From Candidatus Obscuribacterales bacterium (GTDB taxonomy: Bacteria > Cyanobacteriota > Vampirovibrionia > Obscuribacterales > Obscuribacteraceae): a DNA stretch of 64,000 bases. The position numbers were made by a program, and so were the translations under genes. The number at the start of each line of letters is the position of its first letter. Positions within the stretch are counted from its first letter, which is position 1. Below are positions 49,657-59,868 of the stretch, in pieces. The notes beneath the pieces were generated by a model. That model worked only from the letters and a program-made list of their open reading frames with translations. It was not told the origin of the DNA and ran no database searches. The stretch lies in NCBI GenBank assembly GCA_965228855.1, contig CBDDIJ010000003.1, positions 2,752,001-2,816,000 of the forward strand, in the 5' to 3' direction.

Positions 49657-50892
49657 TTAACGCATCAAATTGCTGTATTCCATTTGAAACTGAACGTATT
49701 GCTTCTTCTCGAGCAATCTAGCTATTTCGCGTCTAGTGCCTTTGATGGGAGCCAGACAAGACAGTGCCACGAAATTGATGAATGTCAGCGGTGTTAGAGC
49801 CATGATAAACTTCGTCACTTCATCGCCATGCATACCGTAGTAGCAAGCCATCGCAAGGTAAAAGCCAATCAGATTGCAGACCAGAAAGATGACGCAGTGC
49901 ATAACGAGGAAAAAGCGTTCGCGAATCAATGACGCATTGAGCGACTCCATCTCACTGAGCAATGCCGGTGGAACTGATCCTGCGGCGCCACCACTGATTT
50001 GAGCGAACGTAGGAGCGCCGCCGGTCGGAGGGAGTGGAACAGTGTTGCCTGCCGGATTCATGGACGGCGTTGGTGCCCAATCCATCTTGGTTCCGGAAAT
50101 CTGCGAAAGACGAAACGCTTCCAATTTTGCCAGGTCATCATACGAAACAGTATTCGGTATTGCGACCTGCTGAGGCAGAGGCTGCGAGAATGACTGTTGC
50201 GCGTATTGAGGATTTACGTGATTGTTCTGTTGAACAAAGCCAGAAGGGACCCCGTTCTGGCTTGGATAAACTTGTGGAAAATTGTTCGTAACTTGTTGTG
50301 CCTGGAAGTTACCGGTGTTTTGCGGCCCCTGGAAATTTCCTGCTGGTGCCTGATAGTTACCCGTCTGAACCTGAGAATTTCCTGACTGAGCCTGATAGTT
50401 CCCTGTCTGAGCCTGATAGTTACCCGTCTGCGCCTGATAGTTACCGGTTTGCGCCTGAAAATTCCCTGTTGATGCCTGGAAGTTACCTGTCTGCGCTTGA
50501 AATGCTCCCGCCTGAGCTTGAGGTTGACCTGCGTGCGTTTGGTAGTGATTGTTTTGCGACTGATGCATGCCTGGCTGAGGCTGAACGGCGTGGAATGAAT
50601 TGGTTACCGCCTGCTGCGCTTGCTGGTAGTTACCTGTCACCGTCTGTGGTGGCTGCACATAACCCTGACCGAATTGATGCGCGGACGCTCCTGGCACACC
50701 CGAACTCGGATGCGATGGGTATATGCCCATACGGCTAGCAGCTTGTGCGAAGGCTGACTCTAGAGGAATGGAATTAGTAATAGTTGGTTCGACTGTAGTT
50801 CCGCATTCACCGCAGAACTTGGCGCAGGGCTCCAATAAGTTGGAGCAATTCACGCAAGGCGTCTTTTGTTGGCGTGTCAACGAGCTGGTCAT
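49657..50892 (-). CDS. Zinc-ribbon / Q-N-rich repeat / two-TM membrane protein
   Basis: CVNC...AKFCGECG N-terminus, QAQTGN(Y/F) heptad repeats, two C-terminal TM helices. Confidence 0.8.
   Translation of the reverse strand: MTSSLTRQQKTPCVNCSNLLEPCAKFCGECGTTVEPTITNSIPLESAFAQAASRMGIYPSHPSSGVPGASAHQFGQGYVQPPQTVTGNYQQAQQAVTNSFHAVQPQPGMHQSQNNHYQTHAGQPQAQAGAFQAQTGNFQASTGNFQAQTGNYQAQTGNYQAQTGNYQAQSGNSQVQTGNYQAPAGNFQGPQNTGNFQAQQVTNNFPQVYPSQNGVPSGFVQQNNHVNPQYAQQSFSQPLPQQVAIPNTVSYDDLAKLEAFRLSQISGTKMDWAPTPSMNPAGNTVPLPPTGGAPTFAQISGGAAGSVPPALLSEMESLNASLIRERFFLVMHCVIFLVCNLIGFYLAMACYYGMHGDEVTKFIMALTPLTFINFVALSCLAPIKGTRREIARLLEKKQYVQFQMEYSNLMR
50300..50520 (-). repeat. 21-bp coding tandem repeat, about 9-10 copies (QAQTGNY/F)
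   Basis: cctgatagttacccgtctg-type units visible on the + strand. Confidence 0.88.
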
Positions 50893-51314
50893 CCGCGTCT
50901 TACCTTAGTGTCGTCTTAGATATTACTGTTAAAAATCGAAGTGCGGTGGATTGCAGGGGGGATTACCGCATCAAACTCTGGATGATCTCCTTGTTCGAAG
51001 AAATTCGTGGCACCGAGCCGCATTCCATGCGACCGTGACACCTTATTAGGTATGAACTTACAGTACATCCATGTCGAGACCCTGGCAACATAGTTTCGCT
51101 TCAGCTTGGACTGAATCGGATCGATATAAAAAACCGGAAACGCCCAACTGGTAAAAATTTCAAGGCGCAAAAATTTGCCATGAAACAATGCGTAATAAAT
51201 GAAAAGCCTGTAATTTAGCACCAGCTCATCGCTGACTCATCGCTAACTCATCGCTGAACTATCGCCCGCCCGGCAGCCGGGATGCTTTGCCGAATGCATT
51301 AGCATGTGTCAACT

Positions 51315-52874
51315 TTAGCTCAACAGGCTGCCCGTAATGCTCGCAGCGGTTTTGAACAATTTGACCGCAGCTGAGCGATTGAATCTGCCGTCCGAGAAGA
51401 CTTCCTTCATTAGCGCCTGGCGGATTATCTTATTGTTTTTCATGAGCAGCTTGTGTGCGATCGGCATAGCTGCTTCGATGAAGTTGAACTTCGGATTGAT
51501 GGTTAATGCAACGCCTTCCAGCGTGAGCAAAGCACGCATCACGTATGTGAATTCCTGCGGCAAGCGGAATGGATAGCGATAACAGACATCCGAGAAATCA
51601 AACAACATCTGGCGGAATTTGACTTTGGTCATACCTTCAGCAAATCGAGCATCGATGATAGGCGCGAGATCCGCATATAGAGCGTCTCTGTCCACGTCCT
51701 GATTCAAGAAGCCCATGCCCACGAAATCGTCGATGAGCGCGCGATAGTCCTGCTGTGTCGTATGCAACAGCGCGTTAACGAGATGCTCTTTCAACTCCGG
51801 CTCAAGCCGTCCTACCATGCCGAAATCGTAGATACCGATACGTCCATCTGGCATCACGCGCATGTTGCCCGGATGCGGGTCGGCGTGAAAGAAGCCATCT
51901 TCCAGCAACTGACGCAAATAGAAAGTTGCACCGGTGCGTGTAATTTCTTCACGACTGAGTCCCATTGCATCGATAGTGTCCACATCGGTAATGCGGAATC
52001 CGTTCACATACTCGATCGTTAAAACGTGACGACCTGTCAGTCTCCAGACAATCCGCGGTATATAAATACGCTCGAAATTTCTGAAATTACGCCGGAAAAC
52101 ATCGGCATTTCGCCCTTCGCGAATGTAGTCGATTTCTTCAAATGTAGTCTTGGCGAACTCGTCGACCACGCCCGGCCAGTCAGTATGTCGGCAAAGACTG
52201 GGATAGAGCATCACCTCATCAGCAACCGCGCCAAGCACTTGCACGTCTCGAGCAAGCACCTTAGCCAGATTTGGACGTTGAACTTTGACTACGACTTCGC
52301 GGCCGTCCTTCAACACAGCTTTGTAAGCCTGAGCAAGCGAAGCAGCTGCGATCGGAACAGGATTGAATTCCTGATAGAGCTCTTCCGGGTACCCGCCGAG
52401 TTCGCGGTTGATAATTTCTTTGGCAGTTTGCAGATCGAACTCCGCTACGCCTTCCTGCAATTTCGCCAACTCGAGCATAGCGGGAAGCGGGACCAGGTCC
52501 GCGCGGGTAGACAGAGTTTGACCAATTTTGATAAATGTCGGTCCTAAATCGTGAAGCTGCGCACAGAGCCAGGCGCCTAGAGCACGATACTCTTCGTATT
52601 CCTCTGATGTGAGAGCGCGCTCTTCTGTATCGTCAGGGGCGCCACCGCGGCGCATGCGTTCGAACTCTTGAGCGTGAAACTTTGAAAAGCCTCTGACCGC
52701 ACGGATGATAATCCAGACGACAGGAAAAACTCTGAGAGCTTCCTTCCAGCCTTGCAACCGGCGAATCCGATTGAAAACACGCCATGTCGACGCAGCCAAT
52801 CGCGCTGGTGTGACATCGCGGAAGGTTTCGCTTATCGGATTCGGCTTTACAGTATTGCTCAAGTGGACGACCAT
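51315..52874 (-). CDS. ABC1/UbiB/AarF atypical kinase
   Basis: LGPTFIKIGQ.LSTR.D, PIAAASLAQ, VVKVQRP, FFHADPHPGN, DFGM. Confidence 0.93.
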   Translation of the reverse strand: MVVHLSNTVKPNPISETFRDVTPARLAASTWRVFNRIRRLQGWKEALRVFPVVWIIIRAVRGFSKFHAQEFERMRRGGAPDDTEERALTSEEYEEYRALGAWLCAQLHDLGPTFIKIGQTLSTRADLVPLPAMLELAKLQEGVAEFDLQTAKEIINRELGGYPEELYQEFNPVPIAAASLAQAYKAVLKDGREVVVKVQRPNLAKVLARDVQVLGAVADEVMLYPSLCRHTDWPGVVDEFAKTTFEEIDYIREGRNADVFRRNFRNFERIYIPRIVWRLTGRHVLTIEYVNGFRITDVDTIDAMGLSREEITRTGATFYLRQLLEDGFFHADPHPGNMRVMPDGRIGIYDFGMVGRLEPELKEHLVNALLHTTQQDYRALIDDFVGMGFLNQDVDRDALYADLAPIIDARFAEGMTKVKFRQMLFDFSDVCYRYPFRLPQEFTYVMRALLTLEGVALTINPKFNFIEAAMPIAHKLLMKNNKIIRQALMKEVFSDGRFNRSAAVKLFKTAASITGSLLS

Positions 52875-52978
52875 TGAATTGCTCTCTTGACCACTAGTTT
52901 AATGGCTTCTTGGTCGTTGTCAGCAGGCTTTGAAGATAAATTTATACTTGTCTTCGTAGCCTCCGCAGCAGTGCGGGT

Positions 52979-53704
52979 TTAGTACTGATGCACCACTTCA
53001 TACTGCTTTGAGATTATTTCCTGCACACCTTTGCTGGCAACGTTCATAAGATCCTGGAGCTTTTCTCCCGAGTAGGGCGCCGACTCCGATGAAATCTGGA
53101 GTTCGAGGATTTTTCCGGACTCGGTCAGGACAACGTTGCTGTCCATCTCGGCCTGCGAATCCTCGCTGTAATTGGGGTCCAGCAAAAGTTGACCTTTTAC
53201 CTGCGCCACACTTACAGCAGCCATGTGCTCGGTCAGAGGAAGCTCATCCCAGATTCCCTCTTTCTGTAGTTTCAATAATGAATCATATAGCGCAAGAAAG
53301 GCCCCACAGATGCTGGCAACTCTGGTGCCGCCATCTGCCTGAATTACGTCGCAATCAAGGGTGATCGTTCGCTCACCCAGCTGGCGGCGGTCAATCACGG
53401 CACGCAAGCTACGGCCGATCAATCTTTGAATTTCTTGAGTTCGGCCGGAAGCCTGACCCCTAGTAACTTCCCGTTGCGAGCGAGTGTGAGTCGAACCTGG
53501 AAGCAACGAATACTCAGCCGTTATCCAGCCTTCGCCTTTGCCGATCAGGAACGCCGGGACGCGCTCTTCAATTTTTGCAGTGCAGAAAACTTTGGTATCG
53601 CCTAGCTCAATAAAAACAGAGCCATCAGCATTCTTGGTAAAGTTTCGCGTGAACTTTATGGGTCTCAGTTGATCCCATTGTCTGTTGTCACGTCGCCGGA
53701 ACAT
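52979..53704 (-). CDS. rph: Ribonuclease PH
   Basis: GWITAEYSLLP, SGRTQEIQRLIGRSLRA, DCDVIQADGGTR. Confidence 0.96.
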   Translation of the reverse strand: MFRRRDNRQWDQLRPIKFTRNFTKNADGSVFIELGDTKVFCTAKIEERVPAFLIGKGEGWITAEYSLLPGSTHTRSQREVTRGQASGRTQEIQRLIGRSLRAVIDRRQLGERTITLDCDVIQADGGTRVASICGAFLALYDSLLKLQKEGIWDELPLTEHMAAVSVAQVKGQLLLDPNYSEDSQAEMDSNVVLTESGKILELQISSESAPYSGEKLQDLMNVASKGVQEIISKQYEVVHQY

Positions 53705-53795
53705 CGAGTCTCGCTTTCTAGGGTTTTTCGGCCGGACTTAAGTATATCCGCAAATGTTTGCGGTATCTGCGAATGTTCAGGCAATGTTCACAACC

Positions 53796-54965
53796 TTATT
53801 GGCGGCCGAATCTCAGGCGATTTACCTGCGCCGTTCCCTTGACCAAAAACCCTTTGCCTGGCTTAACTTTCAACTCAGTGAATTTGAATTTCATATCGTC
53901 GGACAATGCACCGAAGTGCGAAAGTCCATTGATTTTGTTTACAAGCATCTTCGAGATGGCCGGCGAGATCTCCTGACCGGAGGTCAAAAGCTTGCTGTCA
54001 GTGACCTGAACCCAACCGTCGACCAGGGCCAGTTGACTCTGCACTTCGACAGGAATCGGTACAGCCATCTCACCAACTCCGACCCTGGTATCGACTTTCA
54101 CATTCACATTGTTGTTTTTTCCCAAAACGATCGATCCATTTGAAACAGTCACACCGATGTTTCCAACACTGCCGAGCAAATTCGCAAACTGACCCGCTCG
54201 TTTGGCGACATTCGCCCCCAACCGATCGAGAGTGCCGGGCGAGTTGAGAAATCGATTGAGACTCTCCTGACTGATTTCGGCAGTTACGTCTGCTTGAGTC
54301 GGCTCAACAAATTGCAAGATCTTTTGATTGAACAAAACACCAGTGTCGAACCGCATGGCGCCTTGCGTCGTCATCGTAAACTTATCGACGATAAAGTCGC
54401 CGATATGTGCGCCCTCCGCAGTGACATCGAGCGATTTCAAAACACCTTCGCGCACATCCATGTCACGCGCGATTAAATGCATATGATCGACTGCGCCGTC
54501 GAGAAACTGCGCGGCTTCTAAGTCGATTTCCAGCTTTCCAAATTTGCCGGAATTGACATCAACAAATGATATCGGTGGCACCACAACTGGTGCCTGACCG
54601 CCAGGCATTTGTTGTCCGTTCAACATCCGACGAACTGGATCCGGCAGGTTCACTCCACCTTGTGCCGGTTGACCTTGCTCCTGCACCTGGCTGATCAGAA
54701 CCGGCGATATCCGGTCTTTAGCTAACAGCTCCGGAAGATTTGCGACTCTCGGTGTTGACGGAACGCAGTCTGCCTCTGTCGCTTCAGACGCAAAAGAACC
54801 GGCTGCTTTAGACCCTGATGACGCATGCTCCGCAGCTTTCGACGCAGCCGGCATGGCACTCACCGACAACGAAGTCGTGAAGCCGATTGCAATAGTAAGC
54901 GCTGTAAATGCGGACAAGAATCTGGATCGCTTGCGAGGTAGCGACCGCGTTCTACTTGTATTCAT
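53796..54965 (-). CDS. DUF2993/LmeA-like exported protein
   Basis: Signal/TM segment and a TULIP-like beta-rich domain (ISQESLNRFLNS). Start 54965 is preceded by AAGGA. Confidence 0.6.
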   Translation of the reverse strand: MNTSRTRSLPRKRSRFLSAFTALTIAIGFTTSLSVSAMPAASKAAEHASSGSKAAGSFASEATEADCVPSTPRVANLPELLAKDRISPVLISQVQEQGQPAQGGVNLPDPVRRMLNGQQMPGGQAPVVVPPISFVDVNSGKFGKLEIDLEAAQFLDGAVDHMHLIARDMDVREGVLKSLDVTAEGAHIGDFIVDKFTMTTQGAMRFDTGVLFNQKILQFVEPTQADVTAEISQESLNRFLNSPGTLDRLGANVAKRAGQFANLLGSVGNIGVTVSNGSIVLGKNNNVNVKVDTRVGVGEMAVPIPVEVQSQLALVDGWVQVTDSKLLTSGQEISPAISKMLVNKINGLSHFGALSDDMKFKFTELKVKPGKGFLVKGTAQVNRLRFGRQ

Positions 54966-55188
54966 TATTGATAGTCCTTGTTGATGTTTGTCCGAATCAA
55001 AAGCGATCCGAAGTTTCCATTTTGTTTGAGACAGATTTCTCACCGACATTGTTCCGAATTGGTTACACGCCAACGCACGAAAACAGTTTCCCCAGATACA
55101 GGAAGTCGCTCCTCGGACGAACCGAAAAGCGACTTACATTTTATACTCTTTGGTCGAATGAACTATTGTTCAAACAACTTCAGTGCGA

Positions 55189-55497
55189 TTACTCGCCACC
55201 TTCTGCAGGATCAGCACCTTCAGCTGGCTTATCGCCTTCTGCCGGCTTATCGCCTTCAGCGGCTTTGTCGCCTTCGGCAGCCTTGTCACCCTCGGTGGTG
55301 GTTGTCGTTGTTGTTGTCGTTTCGGTTGTAGCCGCTGCATCTCCACCGGTCGCTGCTGCATCAGTTGCAGGAGTGGTTGTGGTGGTTGAAGTGGTGCTTG
55401 TGGAGTCGGTGCCGCCACCGCCGCCGCATGCAGCCAAGCTGGCAACGAGGCCGAAGCTCGCAAGCGCTAAAGCTAGAGTTTTGTTTCGAATAGTCAT
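55189..55497 (-). CDS. Small low-complexity lipoprotein
   Basis: AAGGAG SD, lipobox LAAC, poly-Thr tracts and (AEGDK[A/P])n repeats. Confidence 0.8.
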   Translation of the reverse strand: MTIRNKTLALALASFGLVASLAACGGGGGTDSTSTTSTTTTTPATDAAATGGDAAATTETTTTTTTTTEGDKAAEGDKAAEGDKPAEGDKPAEGADPAEGGE

Positions 55498-55841
55498 TGG
55501 TTGACCGTCTCCTTCTGGGACCTGAAAAATCTTAGACAGCTCTCTTTGTTTTTCTGCGACAGAACAGTAAATTAGTATTCCAATCGCAAACAGCGCGATT
55601 ATACAGTCATGGTTGCGCGTAATGCAAACCGCTGGTAGTGAATTATCTTCCGTATCGCTGATAAAACGGGCTATCCGGAAGCTTTACATAACAACAATGC
55701 CAAGAGAAACTGGTCGCCAACCAGCCATCCTCTACGCTCGATTTATGCGCGGGGATTATTCAGAGGATATATGCTTGAAACTCAAGAACTCTTGACGAGT
55801 CCAGTAATTTCACGCAAAAAATTTCCGACAGGTTTCAGGCA

Positions 55842-57383
55842 CTATCTGATTAGTGAAGATCCACTCATCTCAGGTGGCTTTTCCAGACCCATTATCTGCA
55901 AAACAGTAGGGGCAACATCTGCCAGACCGCCCTCGATAAGCGTAGCGCCGTTTTGCAATCCGGCAAGATCATTCTTCTGGAAACTTGCCACTATAAACGG
56001 TACCGGATGGCTGGTGTGCGCCGTATGCGGTTCTCCCGTGACATAGTCGATCATCTGCTCCACATTGCCATGATCCGAGGTGATGAGCAATGTGCCACCA
56101 CATTCCTTGGTCGCTTCGAGAAGCGCACCAAACGCGTCGTCCACCGAAGCTACCGCATCGACGGCAGCTTCCATAATTCCAGTGTGTCCGACCATGTCGG
56201 GATTCGCAAAATTAAGCACAGTGAATGGGAAGTTACCGGACTTGATCGCCTTGATCCCCTCTTCGCAGACTTCGGAAGTCTGCATCCTGGGCGCGAGATC
56301 ATAAGTCGCCACTTTCAACGACGGTATCATCCGCCGCTCCTCACCTTCGACCGGTTGTTCGCGACCGCCGTTCAAAAAGTATGTGACATGCGCGTACTTC
56401 TCTGTTTCCGCAGCGTGGAACTGACCGATATGGTGGCACGACAACAACTCAGGCAAAGTCATAGAGATGTCCTGAGATGGAAGAGCTTCATTATTGAACG
56501 CAACCGGCAAGTTCAAACTGGCGTCATATTCCGTTAAACATACATAATGTATATTGGGCACCATCGGGCGCGCGAAGAATGAGAAATCCGCTTGCGTCAA
56601 CGCACGGCTTATCTGCCTTACGCGGTCCGGACGGAAGTTGAAACAGATTACACTGTCACCATCCTTGATGCGCCGATCGTTCACTATATAAGGACGGACA
56701 AACTCGTCATTTTCATTGCGCGCATATGCATCGTCGACGGCTGCAACTGCGCTTTCAATCGGTCGTCCGTCGCCGAGCACGAGAGCTCGCCAGTATTCCT
56801 CTATGCGTTCCCAACGATTGTCGCGATCCATCGCATAGTAGCGGCCGCAGACTACACCTATCTCTCCACGGTTTTTGAGCTTTTCTTCCAGCTCTCGCAT
56901 AAAACGCCTGGCGGAACGTGGCGGCGTATCCCGACCATCGAGAATCGGATGAACAACGAACTTGCTGATAGATGCACGAGAAGCAAGCTCGATCAGACCG
57001 TCAAGGTGATCCGGGCTAGAGTGAACACAACCGTCGCTCACCAGCCCGAAGACGTGCAGAGTGCCACCCGTCTCGCGTACATGGTCGATAGCCCGCACTA
57101 TGACTGGGTTTTTGAAAAAGGAATTGTCGCGGATTGTGTTTGAAATCAAAGTGAGTTTTTGCACGACCGTGCGACCTGCGCCGATCGTCAAATGCCCGAC
57201 TTCTGAATTGCCCATCAGACCTGGCGGTAAACCGACTGCAAGCCCGGATGAGTCAAGCAGAGTGTTCGGGAAGTTCTCAAGGAGGTAATTATAGTTGGGC
57301 GTTTTCGTGGCTAGAATCGAATTGCCCTTCTTCTCCCGAGTTACTCCCCATCCATCTAATATAAGTAGAGTTACAGGTCCCAT
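55842..57383 (-). CDS. gpmI: 2,3-bisphosphoglycerate-independent phosphoglycerate mutase
   Basis: ILDGWG, MGNSEVGH, DGRD, GRYYAMDRD, AETEKYAHVT, NPDMVGHTG, DHGN. Confidence 0.97.
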   Translation of the reverse strand: MGPVTLLILDGWGVTREKKGNSILATKTPNYNYLLENFPNTLLDSSGLAVGLPPGLMGNSEVGHLTIGAGRTVVQKLTLISNTIRDNSFFKNPVIVRAIDHVRETGGTLHVFGLVSDGCVHSSPDHLDGLIELASRASISKFVVHPILDGRDTPPRSARRFMRELEEKLKNRGEIGVVCGRYYAMDRDNRWERIEEYWRALVLGDGRPIESAVAAVDDAYARNENDEFVRPYIVNDRRIKDGDSVICFNFRPDRVRQISRALTQADFSFFARPMVPNIHYVCLTEYDASLNLPVAFNNEALPSQDISMTLPELLSCHHIGQFHAAETEKYAHVTYFLNGGREQPVEGEERRMIPSLKVATYDLAPRMQTSEVCEEGIKAIKSGNFPFTVLNFANPDMVGHTGIMEAAVDAVASVDDAFGALLEATKECGGTLLITSDHGNVEQMIDYVTGEPHTAHTSHPVPFIVASFQKNDLAGLQNGATLIEGGLADVAPTVLQIMGLEKPPEMSGSSLIR

Positions 57384-57600
57384 TACCGCCTCATGAAAAG
57401 CTCAGCACAAAACGCTGCATGAAATCGTAGCGTGATTAGAATCGATTAGGTGTTTTTCAACCGAGATCCTTAACTAAAGTGTCGAGCAATCTTCCGTCGG
57501 CGTTTCGTCAGCTGATTCGCGTTGCAGGTTAGCGTTCGATCAGCGTGCGATTCTTTAGTGTTTCGTTTGCCTTGAAGGTAGTACAATCCGGCTCGTAAAC

Positions 57601-58353
57601 TTGGATATATGGCTCGTGAATCAGGAAGCAAAAACGAGTGCCGCACAGGAAGCATCCTCGCCATCAGCGGATTCACCGCGTGAAGCAGGGCGTGATTCAG
57701 ACTGGATTGCGGAAGTTTCGCACGAGCTGCGCCTGCCTATCGCCAATATAAAACTTCTGGTGGAGACGCTTCTCGACGGAGCGCACGAGGACCCGGCGAC
57801 AGCAGTTCGTATGCTGGAGCGTACAAGACAGGAAGTTGAGCGGCTCGAGGCTCTGGTTGCCGATTTGATATCTATTGAGGAAGTAGCCGACAATCGCGAC
57901 AACGTCAAGAAGCGCATGACACCGCTGTCGGATGCGGCACGATACGCCATGGAGAGCGTTTCGAAAACAGCAGCGAAGAAGAACATTTCAGTGAAATCAG
58001 AGATCGCACCAGGGTTTCACGTCAACGCAAATCCCGACCAGCTCAACCAGGTGATGTTAAACCTGGTTGAAAACGCCGTTAAATACACGCCCGCAGGCGG
58101 CGAAGTTGTGATACGGTCCGGCGCGCGCGGCAGTTTTTCCGTCTCGGATACAGGTCTGGGAATTGCTGCCGGTGAGATTCCCAAAATCTTCAAACGTTTT
58201 TATCGAGTCGATCGAACCCGGGCACCAGGCTCTACCGGGCTAGGGCTCTCAATTGTGAAACACATCGCGGACATGCACGGTGCTAAAATTAGCGTGCAGT
58301 CCGAAGAGTCAAAGGGCTCGACATTCATCCTCCTGTTCCCGGAGGACACTTAG
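57601..58353 (+). CDS. Histidine kinase (PhoR-like) without a sensor domain
   Basis: VSHELRLP, NLVENAVKYT, DTGLGI, FKRFYRVD, TGLGLSIVKH. Start uncertain (57601 TTG or 57616 GTG). Confidence 0.88.
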   Translation: MDIWLVNQEAKTSAAQEASSPSADSPREAGRDSDWIAEVSHELRLPIANIKLLVETLLDGAHEDPATAVRMLERTRQEVERLEALVADLISIEEVADNRDNVKKRMTPLSDAARYAMESVSKTAAKKNISVKSEIAPGFHVNANPDQLNQVMLNLVENAVKYTPAGGEVVIRSGARGSFSVSDTGLGIAAGEIPKIFKRFYRVDRTRAPGSTGLGLSIVKHIADMHGAKISVQSEESKGSTFILLFPEDT

Positions 58354-58359
58354 GCAATT

Positions 58360-59181
58360 ATGACCAACAATCCAATATCGAAGCCCAAACGAATCATGGT
58401 TGTAGACGATGATGCCACCATCGTTGAGACACTGGCGTATAACTTGAAGCGTCACGGCTTCGAGGCAGTCTCTTTCTCTCGAGGAATGGAGGCTCTGTCA
58501 GGTCTCGATGATGCAGGCGCATGCCTCATTGTTTTGGACTGGATGTTGCCTGACGTCACCGGTCCGGAAGTTGTAAAACTTATTCGTGAGCGCGGTTGCG
58601 AATTGCCCGTACTCATGCTGACCGGTCGCTCCAGCCCCAACGATATCGCGCATGGATTGTCGGCCGGCGCCGATGACTATCTGGCAAAACCATTCAGCAC
58701 GATCGAGTTTATGGCGCGCATCCAGGCGTTGCTTCGACGCGCGAAAAAGGATCAGGGTGCAGCGGAAAACAAAATTACCATTGGAGACTTGATGCTCGAT
58801 GAAAGCGCTCGGCGAGTCACTTTCAAAGGACAGCCCGTCGACTTATCGCCCAAGGAATTTTCCCTGCTCAAAGCTTTGATGAAAAACGCAGACAAGACGA
58901 TGAGCACTGATGTTTTGTTAAACAAAGTCTGGGGCTCGGATTATCAGGGAGACGTCAAAACAGTCGCAGTGCACATGCGCTGGTTGAGACAGAAGCTCGA
59001 GAACGACCCGAAAAACCCAACGTTACTTGAGACCGTGCATCGCTCAGGATATCGGCTGAACTCGCCAACCTCAGCAGCCCAAACAGCAGCGAAACACGAA
59101 GCAAAAGCGGCTGACTCCGAGCACGGAAGCGGTCATGAAACGGGATCGAGTCATGGAATCGGTCACGGTCAAAGCCATTAG
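58360..59181 (+). CDS. OmpR/PhoB-family response regulator
   Basis: VVDDD, LDWMLP, GADDYLAKPF, KTVAVHMRWLRQKLE; lies next to phoU. Confidence 0.9.
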   Translation: MTNNPISKPKRIMVVDDDATIVETLAYNLKRHGFEAVSFSRGMEALSGLDDAGACLIVLDWMLPDVTGPEVVKLIRERGCELPVLMLTGRSSPNDIAHGLSAGADDYLAKPFSTIEFMARIQALLRRAKKDQGAAENKITIGDLMLDESARRVTFKGQPVDLSPKEFSLLKALMKNADKTMSTDVLLNKVWGSDYQGDVKTVAVHMRWLRQKLENDPKNPTLLETVHRSGYRLNSPTSAAQTAAKHEAKAADSEHGSGHETGSSHGIGHGQSH

Positions 59182-59198
59182 AGGAGAAGGAGATAGAC

Positions 59199-59867
59199 GT
59201 GAAAACTGAAGCACTTACCTTATTGAAAGAGGAAGTTCTCTCGATGGGACGAGGGGTCGAATCGACTGTTCAGGAACTCACGCGCATGCTCAAAAAGGAT
59301 CCGGCAGCCAGCCTGTCCCGCATGGAAGATGGCGAGGAGACGATCAACAGGCAATGCATGGAAATCGAAGAGCACTGCCTTGAGTTGCTCGTCGAAAGAG
59401 ACAAAGACGAGATGAATGAACGCGTCATCCGCAGCCTGGTGAGCACGATCTTGATTGCTACAAAACTTGAGCGCATGGCAGACCATGCCATTCGTATAGC
59501 AAAAGTAGCAGACTGGGCGCGTGAAGAAGAAATCGACGTACCGGAAGAATTGATTGAAATGTCGCAGACTGTAGGACACATGGTGCAGGAAACCTTGCTG
59601 GTGTTTCTAAGCGACGCACCAGACAAGGCGATCGAAGTGATGCGCCGCGACAACGCAGTCAATTATCTGCACGATGTTTTGTCAAAACGTCTGCTTTCAA
59701 ACTTGGGCGAACAGGACACGCAACAGGCGCAAATGCGCATGCAGTTTCTCTTCTGCACACGCTTTCTGGAGCGCATGGGTGATGCGTGCGGGTCCATCGC
59801 AAAACGCGTCTACTTCATAGCTACAGGCAAGCGCCTTAAAGCCGCAGCTACAAAAGTGGAGACATAG
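59199..59867 (+). CDS. phoU: Phosphate signalling protein PhoU
   Basis: Two PhoU repeats with LERMADHA and LERMGDAC; AGGAG SD before the GTG start. Confidence 0.88.
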   Translation: MKTEALTLLKEEVLSMGRGVESTVQELTRMLKKDPAASLSRMEDGEETINRQCMEIEEHCLELLVERDKDEMNERVIRSLVSTILIATKLERMADHAIRIAKVADWAREEEIDVPEELIEMSQTVGHMVQETLLVFLSDAPDKAIEVMRRDNAVNYLHDVLSKRLLSNLGEQDTQQAQMRMQFLFCTRFLERMGDACGSIAKRVYFIATGKRLKAAATKVET

Positions 59868-59868
59868 T

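Noticed and set aside
49657..50892. Two-TM protein as the retron effector
   Set aside because: It is on the opposite strand and separated from the RT by a strong terminator and a repeat block.
50916..51221. 101-aa ORF between the ABC1 kinase and the zinc-ribbon gene
   Set aside because: No SD or motif and an atypical composition; more likely promoter or UTR sequence.
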